64,000 nucleotides of DNA, taken from Candidatus Binatia bacterium. Lineage in GTDB: Bacteria > Desulfobacterota > Binatia > HRBIN30. Below are positions 30,213 to 38,372 of this stretch, piece by piece; positions within the stretch are counted from its first letter, which is position 1; the number at the start of each line of letters is the position of its first letter. Below the pieces are notes generated by a model. That model ran no database searches and was not told the DNA's origin. It saw nothing but the letters and a program-made list of their open reading frames with translations. The DNA is taken from the NCBI GenBank assembly GCA_038245295.1, contig JBBRSP010000009.1:1-64000 (forward strand). Reading direction: 5' to 3'. A program made the translations under genes and the position numbers.

Positions 30213-31070
30213 ATGAGCCGGCCGTTACGTTTCCTGGTGTGTGACGCCTACCCGCGCGAAGGGCGGGCCGGGCTGGAGAAAGCCGGTGCAACCCTCGCCG
30301 GGCAATTGTACGAACGTCTGCTGCAGCGCCTGGAGCCGCAGGCCCACATCGACATCATCTTCCCGGCCGACACCGATGTCGCGCTCCCCGGTGGGAGCGC
30401 GCTCACGGATTACGACGGCATCGTCTGGACCGGCTCCAGCCTGACCATCTACCGCGACGAAGAGCCGCGCGTGCGCCGGCAGATCGAGTTGGCGAGCGCG
30501 GTCTACCAGCTCGGCATTCCAAGCTTTGGCAGCTGCTGGGCGGCGCAGATCGCGGTCGTCGCGGCGGGTGGAGCTTGTGCGGCCAACCCCAAGGGGCGCG
30601 AGTTCGGCATCTCGCGGCACATCACGCTGAACGACGCGGGCCACAACCATCCGATGTACCGTGGCAAGGCGACGACGTTCGACGCCTTCACCAGCCACGC
30701 CGACGAAGTCACGGTGCTGCCACCCGGCACCAGTCTGCTCGCCTCGAATGACTGGTCGCGTATCCAGGGCATCGCGGTCGAATCGCCCGGACCCTTCTGG
30801 GCCGTGCAGTACCACCCCGAGTACGACCTGCACGAAGTGGCACGCCTGTGTGTCTTCCGCACCGATGAGCTGGTGCGACAGGGAATGTTCGCCGATCGCG
30901 TCGCCGCCGAAGAGTGGGTGGATCGCCTCGAAGCCTTACATCTCGAGCCAACTCGCCACGATCTCATGCAGACGCTGCAAGTCGAAGCGCCGCTACTCGA
31001 CGTCGCGCAACGCCTGGTCGAGCCGCGCAACTGGGTCGAGCAGGTCGTGAAACCGCGCCGGGGCGCATGA
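30213..31070 (+). CDS. Class I glutamine amidotransferase-like protein
   Basis: WTGS, GSCWAAQ and QYHPE catalytic triad motifs. Confidence 0.9.
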   Translation: MSRPLRFLVCDAYPREGRAGLEKAGATLAGQLYERLLQRLEPQAHIDIIFPADTDVALPGGSALTDYDGIVWTGSSLTIYRDEEPRVRRQIELASAVYQLGIPSFGSCWAAQIAVVAAGGACAANPKGREFGISRHITLNDAGHNHPMYRGKATTFDAFTSHADEVTVLPPGTSLLASNDWSRIQGIAVESPGPFWAVQYHPEYDLHEVARLCVFRTDELVRQGMFADRVAAEEWVDRLEALHLEPTRHDLMQTLQVEAPLLDVAQRLVEPRNWVEQVVKPRRGA

Positions 31071-31120
31071 ATGCCGCGGCGCTCGCGACAACGGGGCTGG
31101 TCTTATGGCACAGGGGGAAC

Positions 31121-31924
31121 ATGAGCAATGAGAGTGGAACGAAGGCCGTGTTCGCGGCGCTGTTGGCGAACCTGGGCATCGGCGCAAGCAAGTTCGTGGC
31201 GTTCGTGTTCACCGGCTCGTCATCGATGCTGTCGGAAGCGATTCACTCGGTTGCGGACTCGGGCAACCAGATCCTGCTCCTCATCGGCAACAAGCGGGCG
31301 AGCCAGGCGGCCGATGAGCATCACCCGTTCGGCTACGGCCGTCGTCGCTATGTCTATGGCTTCGTCGTCTCCATCGTCCTGTTCCTGGTCGGCGGCGTGT
31401 TCTCACTGTACGAGGGGCTGCACAAGTGGCAGCACCCGGAACCGCTCGAGGACTGGTGGATCGCCGTCGTCGTCCCGGCCGTCGCCATCGGCCTCGAAGG
31501 ACTCTCCTTCCGCACCGCTATCAAGGAGGCCCACCACTCGCGCGGCAACCGCTCCCTGGCGCGTTTTGTGCGCGATGCGCGCCAGCCCGAGCTGCCAGTC
31601 ATCCTGCTCGAGGACGCCGGGGCGCTCCTCGGTCTGGGCTTCGCGCTGATCGGCATCGGCCTGGCCATCGTCACCGGGGACGGCCGTTTCGACGCAATGG
31701 GTGCCATGGCTGTGGGCACGCTGCTCGTGCTTATCGCGATCTATCTGAACGCCGAGATGACGGCCATGCTCGTCGGGGCCAAGATCGCCATCGCGCACAG
31801 CGGCACGGGCCAGGAGATCGCCGCGGCTATCGACGCGGCGGAGCGGGCGCTGCGCGCGGCGGTGCCCGAGGCCCGCTACGTGTTCTTGGAGCCGGACATC
31901 GACCGCACCCCACCAGGCCCCTGA
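31121..31924 (+). CDS. Cation diffusion facilitator transporter with an apparent in-frame deletion in the C-terminal domain
   Basis: SEAIHSVADSGNQ, HPFGYGR and EDAGALLG motifs; MLVG joins directly to AKIAI. Confidence 0.85.
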   Translation: MSNESGTKAVFAALLANLGIGASKFVAFVFTGSSSMLSEAIHSVADSGNQILLLIGNKRASQAADEHHPFGYGRRRYVYGFVVSIVLFLVGGVFSLYEGLHKWQHPEPLEDWWIAVVVPAVAIGLEGLSFRTAIKEAHHSRGNRSLARFVRDARQPELPVILLEDAGALLGLGFALIGIGLAIVTGDGRFDAMGAMAVGTLLVLIAIYLNAEMTAMLVGAKIAIAHSGTGQEIAAAIDAAERALRAAVPEARYVFLEPDIDRTPPGP

Positions 31925-32563
31925 GCCTCGATGCCTCCCCGATTCGCACCGGAGTGGCGCGAATATGGCATTTCGCAATCCCGGAGGGCGCCGGCACGAC
32001 GCACCAGGAGCCCTACAATCGACGCTCGTGACCAGGGGTAGGTGTACCTAGCCACCCAAACTCAACGTTTTTCGGCATTTCGGGGAAGGAGCCTCCGGAA
32101 TATCTACGGTTTCTCTTCACCGAGGGCGCCTGCAGGCACTGACTTGCCCGGAATGCTCGCGCCCACGGGGCTCCGACCGATAAACCGCTGATCGGACAGC
32201 GGCGTCTCACGCCGCGAACGGCGTCCTCGTGGCGTCGATAGCGGCGCAGACTCGCCGCCGGGGCACGCCTCCGAGAATTGTTCGAAGAGTTGCTACGTCC
32301 CGTATTGCGGATCTCCTGCAGCCCCGCTTACGACGACGACCGCGCTCGAGCCGGGGCTTACGGATGGCCCACCGCCCGGCTGGACGGCCAGCACCTCAAC
32401 GTCGCCGTCAAGCCCCCCGAGGTCGCGAGTGCGCTCGAGGAGCTCATCGATCGAGGTCGCTACGCTAAATGGGGGTCACACCCTTTTCTCATTCCGATGC
32501 GAAATGGGGGTCATCCCGTTATCTCACTCCTTCAGGTATGGGCATCGCCGCAGTGCGTGTGTG

Positions 32564-33403
32564 TCATGTGTCGATGGTGCGCAGCGAGACTTTGGCGGTC
32601 GGCGAAGGCGGCGCGTGCTCGCGAGAGTTCAGGATTGCGTCGAGCTCACGAACGAGTTCCCGCAAGCGTCGCTCGCTGGTGTCCGGTGCAAGTGAACGGT
32701 GCTCTTCGATGTCCTGCACCTTCTGGTAGTTGTTGATGACGGCCCCGACGATGAGGTTCACGAGCAGGAACGTCGCGACCACAATCCAGGAGACTTGGAA
32801 AGCCGTGAACGCCCCTAGGGGATGACCAGCCTGGGCAAGCTCGTATCGCATCTGGGTCCAGTCATCGCCGGTGAGAATGCGAAAGAGCGTGAAGCACGCC
32901 TCATGAATGCTGGTGAAGTAGGGATGCATGGGGTGGGCATCACCCCCGAACAACTTTACCCCGATGACGGCGTAGACGTAGAACAGGATCGCCGCCAGGA
33001 GCGCCACGTACCTCATGCTGGCGACGGATCGTAGGAGAACGTCGACGATGAGCCGCAGTTCCGGGATGGTCTTGACCAGCCGTAACACCCGGAACACGCG
33101 CAGGATGCGGAGAACCGGCCCGACCCCGCCGGACGAGGGAATGAGCGCCGCGATGACGATGACGAGATCAAAGATGTTCCACCCGTTGCGGAAGAAGGCC
33201 GCCGCCGAGTCGCGACCGAGGAATCGCAGGACGATCTCCACGACAAAGATGCCGATGCAGATCGTCTCGATTGCGGCGATGGCGCGGAGCGATGTCGTAT
33301 CGGTCAGATAGGTGCTCAGGCCGATGAGCGCGGCGTTGAGCACGATGACGGCCACAACAAAGTTATTGAAGGTTGTGGACTCGATGAGCCTACGGATGCG
33401 CAT
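32564..33403 (-). CDS. Voltage-gated ion channel (BacNav/Cav-like 6TM ion transporter)
   Basis: FFRNGWNIFD; S4 LRILRVFRVLRLVK; pore TLFRILTGDDW; C-terminal coiled coil. Confidence 0.93.
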   Translation of the reverse strand: MRIRRLIESTTFNNFVVAVIVLNAALIGLSTYLTDTTSLRAIAAIETICIGIFVVEIVLRFLGRDSAAAFFRNGWNIFDLVIVIAALIPSSGGVGPVLRILRVFRVLRLVKTIPELRLIVDVLLRSVASMRYVALLAAILFYVYAVIGVKLFGGDAHPMHPYFTSIHEACFTLFRILTGDDWTQMRYELAQAGHPLGAFTAFQVSWIVVATFLLVNLIVGAVINNYQKVQDIEEHRSLAPDTSERRLRELVRELDAILNSREHAPPSPTAKVSLRTIDT

Positions 33404-33562
33404 GTCAGGTTCCTCGCTCAGTGTGCGGTTTTATGGTCGACGACTCCGGTACCCTCGCGTTTTACGAGGAGCGACACGGCGGTGGTGCTGGTTCATCTCC
33501 TGGTTGTCGCGCCCGCCTGATAGCCTGCCAGTGCGAGATCGTCCCCCCACCGCGGCGCGCCC

Positions 33563-34762
33563 TCAGTGCTTCGGTCGCGCATTCCCCCCGGGAGCCGCCC
33601 TCGCTGGTATCAACACGCTCAGCATCGTTGCGAGTGCCAGTGTGCCGACAACGACCAGGAGTGACACCGTCGTGTCGATCTTGATTGGGTCGGCCTTGGC
33701 CATGCCGATCACATCCAGATATTGCGGCACGCTCAGCAGCAGCAGCTTCACGCCGACAAAAGCCAGAATCACAATCAACGCCGGCTTCAGGAATCGGAAC
33801 TTCTGAATCAACGCCGACAGGCAGAAGTACAGCGCCCGCAGCCCGAGGATCGCGAAGATGTTGCTCGTGAACACAATGAACGGGTCGGGCGTGATCGCGA
33901 AGATGGCCGGGATCGAGTCGACCGCGAACACCAGGTCGGTGATCTCAACCAGGAGCAGTGCCAGGAATAGGGGCGTGATCGCCCAGGCCACGCTCAGCGA
34001 CCCGGCTGGCGCCGGGTCCATCACCTCCTTGCCGACCGCATCCCTCGTGTACGTCGGCTTGAGGGTCCGCTTGGTGAAGAACCTCTGCCCATCGTAGAAC
34101 TCGGTCACGCGGAAGAACCTCTTGCACAACCGCACCGCGATGTTCTGCGAGACATCGTCGTTGCCCTTGATCAGGGCCATCTTCAACGCCGTCAGGATCA
34201 GGAACCCGCCGAAGACGATCAGTATCCACTGGTACTTCAGGATCAGCCCCGCGCCCAGGAAGATCATCCCGCCGCGCATGACCAAGGCGCCGATGATGCC
34301 CCAGAAGAGCACGCGGTGCTGGTACTTTGCCGGCACCGCGAAGAACGAGAAGATGAGTGCGATGACAAAGATGTTGTCCATCGCGAGCGACTTCTCGACG
34401 ACGTACCCCACCAAATACTGCTTGGCCGCTTCGAATCCCTGCACTTCGCCCGACACGATGAGCGGTGCACCGGCCTTGATCGCCTCCGCCGTGCTGTACC
34501 TGGCGGTCTCCAACCCCAACCCGAGCCAATGGCTCTCGTACGCCAAGTACACAAACCCGCTGAACGCAATGCCACACGTCAGCCAGACCACCGACCATGC
34601 GACCGCTTCCTTCATGGCGACTTCGTGGGCTTCGCGGTGGAAGACGCCGAGGTCGAGGGCCAGGAACACGATCACGAGGCCGAGGAACGCGATGTACGCC
34701 CAGATCTTCAGATCGGCCGGGTTCGACGTCGCGGAGGTAGCAAGCAGCAGCAGTTCGTTCAT
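33563..34762 (-). CDS. TerC/Alx family membrane protein
   Basis: EKSLAMDNIFV, QHRVLFWG, DLVFAVDSIPA and SNIFAILGLRALY motifs. Confidence 0.95.
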   Translation of the reverse strand: MNELLLLATSATSNPADLKIWAYIAFLGLVIVFLALDLGVFHREAHEVAMKEAVAWSVVWLTCGIAFSGFVYLAYESHWLGLGLETARYSTAEAIKAGAPLIVSGEVQGFEAAKQYLVGYVVEKSLAMDNIFVIALIFSFFAVPAKYQHRVLFWGIIGALVMRGGMIFLGAGLILKYQWILIVFGGFLILTALKMALIKGNDDVSQNIAVRLCKRFFRVTEFYDGQRFFTKRTLKPTYTRDAVGKEVMDPAPAGSLSVAWAITPLFLALLLVEITDLVFAVDSIPAIFAITPDPFIVFTSNIFAILGLRALYFCLSALIQKFRFLKPALIVILAFVGVKLLLLSVPQYLDVIGMAKADPIKIDTTVSLLVVVGTLALATMLSVLIPARAAPGGNARPKH

Positions 34763-35103
34763 GAACAGATCACATCCTTTGTACCGCACCTGCTCAGGGA
34801 AAGCAGACGCAGCGCAACGTCGCGACAAAATGCTGGTCTCGCCAAGGGCGTCGATCCGCGCTCAGAAGCGACGAGGATCAAAGCCGCTCGAGTCAACCGC
34901 ATCCGGCGAACAAACACGGCCCGTGGGCGTACAGCCTTCAACTCAAATGTCCGTCAGAAGACTCTTCGTAGAAATCAAGCTTTTCGACGGAAGCATCAAG
35001 ACCAGCGAGGCTCAGTACGACTACATCTTGAACAAGGTCGGGGGTGCTGGCGGCACGACTGAAGGACGCGCTGTGCACCGTCGAGGTCCGCCGGTCCGGC
35101 GTT

Positions 35104-36315
35104 TTACGCGTTGGCGAACTGCCCCATGACCTCGAGCATGAGCGTGTCGTTGGTGCCGTCCATGATCGTCAGTAGTGACGCGTCGCGCATGTGCTTCTCG
35201 AGCTTGTAGTCGCGCGAGATGCCATAGCCGCCCAGCACCTGGACCATCTCCGCCGTATGCTTTACCGCCAGGTTGGTGGCGAGGATTTTGGCGGTGACGC
35301 TGGTCTTCAGATCGCCGGGGAAGTTCTGTGCGCAGTGCCAGCTCCCCTTCCAGAGCAGGGCGCGAGCCGATTCGATGGCGGCGTGAATCTCGAAGAGCCG
35401 GCGTGACACCAGTTGATGTTCCAAGATCGGCTTGCCCCACTGCACGCGTTCGCGCGAATAGGCGAGAGCTTCTTCGAAGGCGGCGCGCATGAGGCCGACA
35501 GCCAGGTATCCGGTGCCCAGGTTGCCGACTGTCATGATCGACCGGTGCAAGTACGGATAGGCATCGCCGGGAGGGAAGATCATGTGATCTTCGGGGATCT
35601 GTACGCCGTCGAACGACACGGCGGCTTGATTCAGGGTCCGCAGGCCGATCCGGTCTTGCGCCGCGCCGCGGAAGACCCCGGCCGCCTCACCGGGCACGAT
35701 GAAGGCACCTGAGCCCTTGAGGCCTCGTTGTGGTTCAAGGCACGCAAAGATCACGTAGTTGTCGGCAATGTTACCGTTGGAAACGAAGTTCGACTTGGTG
35801 CCGTTGAGTTCGAAGCCGTTGGCCGTCTTCGTCGCGGTGGTGCGATGGTGGATGGAAATATCCTCATAATTCTTGCCGTCAGAGCCGATGCTCGGTTCGC
35901 TGCTACCCCACGCTGTGATGCGTTTGCCGGTGGTGTCCTCGCAGAACGGCACGACATATCGTTCGATCAGTTTCTGGTTGCCGGGCGTGAGAAAGCCGAT
36001 GAGTCCGGGCACGACCGAGCCGGCGATCAGGGCGGCCGCAAAGCCGCAGCCGTGGCGGCCTAGCTCTTCCCACACCATGCCGGTGGTGGCGGGATCAAGC
36101 CCCAACCCGCCGTACTCTTGCGAGATGGTCATTTTGTGAAAGCCGAGATCGAAGGCGCCGGCCAGAGTCGTTTTGAAGAGGTAGGTCTTGAAGGTCTCGT
36201 TGGGATCGGCAATCCGATCGAGCGCGATCTCCGCGGGTTCGAGCACTTCACGGCCGAAAGCCCGGGCCGTCTCGATGATCTGCACTTGGGTTTCGTTGAG
36301 CGTGAAATCGGCCAT
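35104..36315 (-). CDS. Acyl-CoA dehydrogenase family protein
   Basis: SEP..GSD, NGTK.NFVSNG, RVQWG, LGGYG and IMDGTN motifs. Confidence 0.93.
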   Translation of the reverse strand: MADFTLNETQVQIIETARAFGREVLEPAEIALDRIADPNETFKTYLFKTTLAGAFDLGFHKMTISQEYGGLGLDPATTGMVWEELGRHGCGFAAALIAGSVVPGLIGFLTPGNQKLIERYVVPFCEDTTGKRITAWGSSEPSIGSDGKNYEDISIHHRTTATKTANGFELNGTKSNFVSNGNIADNYVIFACLEPQRGLKGSGAFIVPGEAAGVFRGAAQDRIGLRTLNQAAVSFDGVQIPEDHMIFPPGDAYPYLHRSIMTVGNLGTGYLAVGLMRAAFEEALAYSRERVQWGKPILEHQLVSRRLFEIHAAIESARALLWKGSWHCAQNFPGDLKTSVTAKILATNLAVKHTAEMVQVLGGYGISRDYKLEKHMRDASLLTIMDGTNDTLMLEVMGQFANA

Positions 36316-36317
36316 GG

Positions 36318-37091
36318 CTACGCATCCGGCGCGGTGAACATGTCGGTCATTTTGAAATAGTAAGGCAGGAAAGCGGCGCCATCGACTTCGGCGAGCACTT
36401 TTCCGGGGAGCATGCGATTGCTGCTCTCAATCACGAACGCCATGAGCATCTGCAGTTCGCCGAGCTCGCTCCACGGCTCCAGTGCTGAGGGCCGAAGCGT
36501 GAGCTCCGGCGTGCCGATCTCGACGCTCCGGGGCTCGATCTCGGTCTGTTGGCGGACGAGAAAAACCGGTCCGTCGAAGCCGGGTTCCAGGTCGGCGCGT
36601 GGCATCCCCTTGAACAGGTACGTAGGCCCCTGCGGCGGCAAGTCGGGCAGAGTACCCGACAACGCGATGTCGAGATCGATGAACCGGTCTCCGCCGCGTT
36701 CGACCCACCCCCGGGCGTGTTCGGCGCTCCGCTCGAGATGGATCTTCGCCGCCTTCTTGGGAAAGCCGTAGATGTCGCGGCCGTTGTGCAGGCGGCTCGC
36801 GTCACTGTCGATCGGCATCGACAGGCAGTAGCTCCCCGGTTGCCCTTGGTAACTGCAGCGGAGGAATAGCGCGGCTTCGCGGTAACCAGGCCCCAGATTG
36901 GTTTCGCCATATTCGGCGATGAAGATGAGGCCGCCCGGCATGGTCGCCTGTTCGAGCGGCGGCGGTAACAACCGGCGGGTTACCTCGGCATCAGCGCCGA
37001 ACATTACTCCCATCATGGTTGCCTGCGGGAAATGTCGCACCTTCAGGCGATAGTAGCTGGCGAGTTCCTCAACGGACTTCACGAATCCCAT
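36318..37091 (-). CDS. Acetoacetate decarboxylase-like protein
   Basis: LLPPPLE, YREAA and GRDIYGFPKK (Schiff-base Lys) motifs. Confidence 0.9.
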   Translation of the reverse strand: MGFVKSVEELASYYRLKVRHFPQATMMGVMFGADAEVTRRLLPPPLEQATMPGGLIFIAEYGETNLGPGYREAALFLRCSYQGQPGSYCLSMPIDSDASRLHNGRDIYGFPKKAAKIHLERSAEHARGWVERGGDRFIDLDIALSGTLPDLPPQGPTYLFKGMPRADLEPGFDGPVFLVRQQTEIEPRSVEIGTPELTLRPSALEPWSELGELQMLMAFVIESSNRMLPGKVLAEVDGAAFLPYYFKMTDMFTAPDA

Positions 37092-37309
37092 CTCGTTCGC
37101 CTCCTTCTCCGGGCAAGCCTTCGACGATTGCGATTTGCCTGTCCGGGCCCTTGCCGATCGACGACGCTGGGTGCGACGCGTCAAGCGGTGCCGCCCAGTG
37201 TGCCGACGGGAGTCTACTCAAGGCACCATTGCACAATTCGAGTGTTGGCGCGCCTCTGTCGCACGCGCATTCTGTCTAATCGCCGCTTGCCGCGAGCTAA
37301 TGGGGAGAG

Positions 37310-37408
37310 CGCAAGTTGGACACCCATCCACAAGACTCGGCGATTGTGCCGTGAGATCAGCGCCTTGGATGAACGCACCGCTTAGCGACTGCCACTGGGC
37401 GGAGATGG
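37310..37408 (+). repeat. 99-bp direct repeat, left copy
   Basis: 93/99 identical to 43809-43907. Confidence 0.92.
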
Positions 37409-37460
37409 GGGTCCTTCTTGCCGCCTCTCGCTTGCGCGTGCGAAGAATTTCAACGGACTG

Positions 37461-38372
37461 CTAACCCCAGGTGCTCGCGATGCCGTGCGCCTGCAGCGTG
37501 CCCATGATCTCGTCCCGATCGGGCTCCGCGGCCAGATTCAACGGGGCCTGGGCCGTGCACAGCCCGGCCAGTTTGGCTTCCCAGAGGGCGTGATATGGAA
37601 GCAGCGTGATCTCCCCGAATCCCACCGTTCGCAGTTGCTGCGCCACGGCGGCCAGCGTGGAGCGATCGCTATTCATTCCCGGAACAATCGGCATCCGAAC
37701 AGTGAGGTTCGCCGCCTGGCCGGCCAACCAGGCCAGGTTGTCCAGCACGTGGGCGGCGTCGCCTCCGGTCCACTGCCGGTACCCGGCGTCATTCCCGGCC
37801 TTGAGATCGAAGTACACTGCGTCCAGAAAGGGCAGCAGGGGCTCCAGCATTCGCCGCGCATAGTGGCCGGCCGTCTGCAGCAGGATGTGCACGCCCTGCT
37901 GCTTCAGCAGCGGCAGCAAGGCCTGCAGGAACGGCGACTGCAACACGGGCTCTCCACCCGACAACGTCACACCGCCACCCGAGGAAACGAAGTAGGACCG
38001 GTCGGCCAGACAGAGTTCGGCCAGTTCCTCGGGCGAGTAGTACCGGCCCACCATGCGCAAAGCCCCGCTGGGGCAGACCGCCGGGCATTGACCGCAATGG
38101 TCGCAGCGGTCCCAGTCGATTGGTGTCGTGGACCAGGGCGCCAACGCATCCCGGGGACAGACCGACTCGCAGAGCCGGCAATCGGGCAGGCACCGGGACG
38201 ACGAGAACATCAGCTCGGGGACAGGCCGCAAGGACTCGGGGTTCTGGCACCATCTGCATCGCAGGGAACAGCCCTTGAAGAATACGGTCGTCCGAATACC
38301 CGGACCGTCGTGCAACGAAAACCGCTGCACATCAAAAACCAGTCCCTCGACCCGCGGCGATTCCTCAGCCAT
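37461..38372 (-). CDS. Glycyl-radical enzyme activating protein (radical SAM with ferredoxin insert)
   Basis: HDGPGIRTTVFFKGCSLRCRWCQNPES, two Cys-rich ferredoxin motifs, GGVTLSGGEP. Confidence 0.96.
   Translation of the reverse strand: MAEESPRVEGLVFDVQRFSLHDGPGIRTTVFFKGCSLRCRWCQNPESLRPVPELMFSSSRCLPDCRLCESVCPRDALAPWSTTPIDWDRCDHCGQCPAVCPSGALRMVGRYYSPEELAELCLADRSYFVSSGGGVTLSGGEPVLQSPFLQALLPLLKQQGVHILLQTAGHYARRMLEPLLPFLDAVYFDLKAGNDAGYRQWTGGDAAHVLDNLAWLAGQAANLTVRMPIVPGMNSDRSTLAAVAQQLRTVGFGEITLLPYHALWEAKLAGLCTAQAPLNLAAEPDRDEIMGTLQAHGIASTWG

Noticed and set aside
31930..32560. ORF fragments here and at ~34900-35100
   Set aside because: Short protein-like stretches without clear start, stop or family; cannot be called
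34830..34950. Possible yybP-ykoY (Mn) riboswitch upstream of terC (minus strand ends TTGGCGAGACCA)
   Set aside because: The 3' motif and gene context fit, but the conserved 5' GGAGUA element was not found; at most a remnant. An Rfam RF00080 scan would decide.
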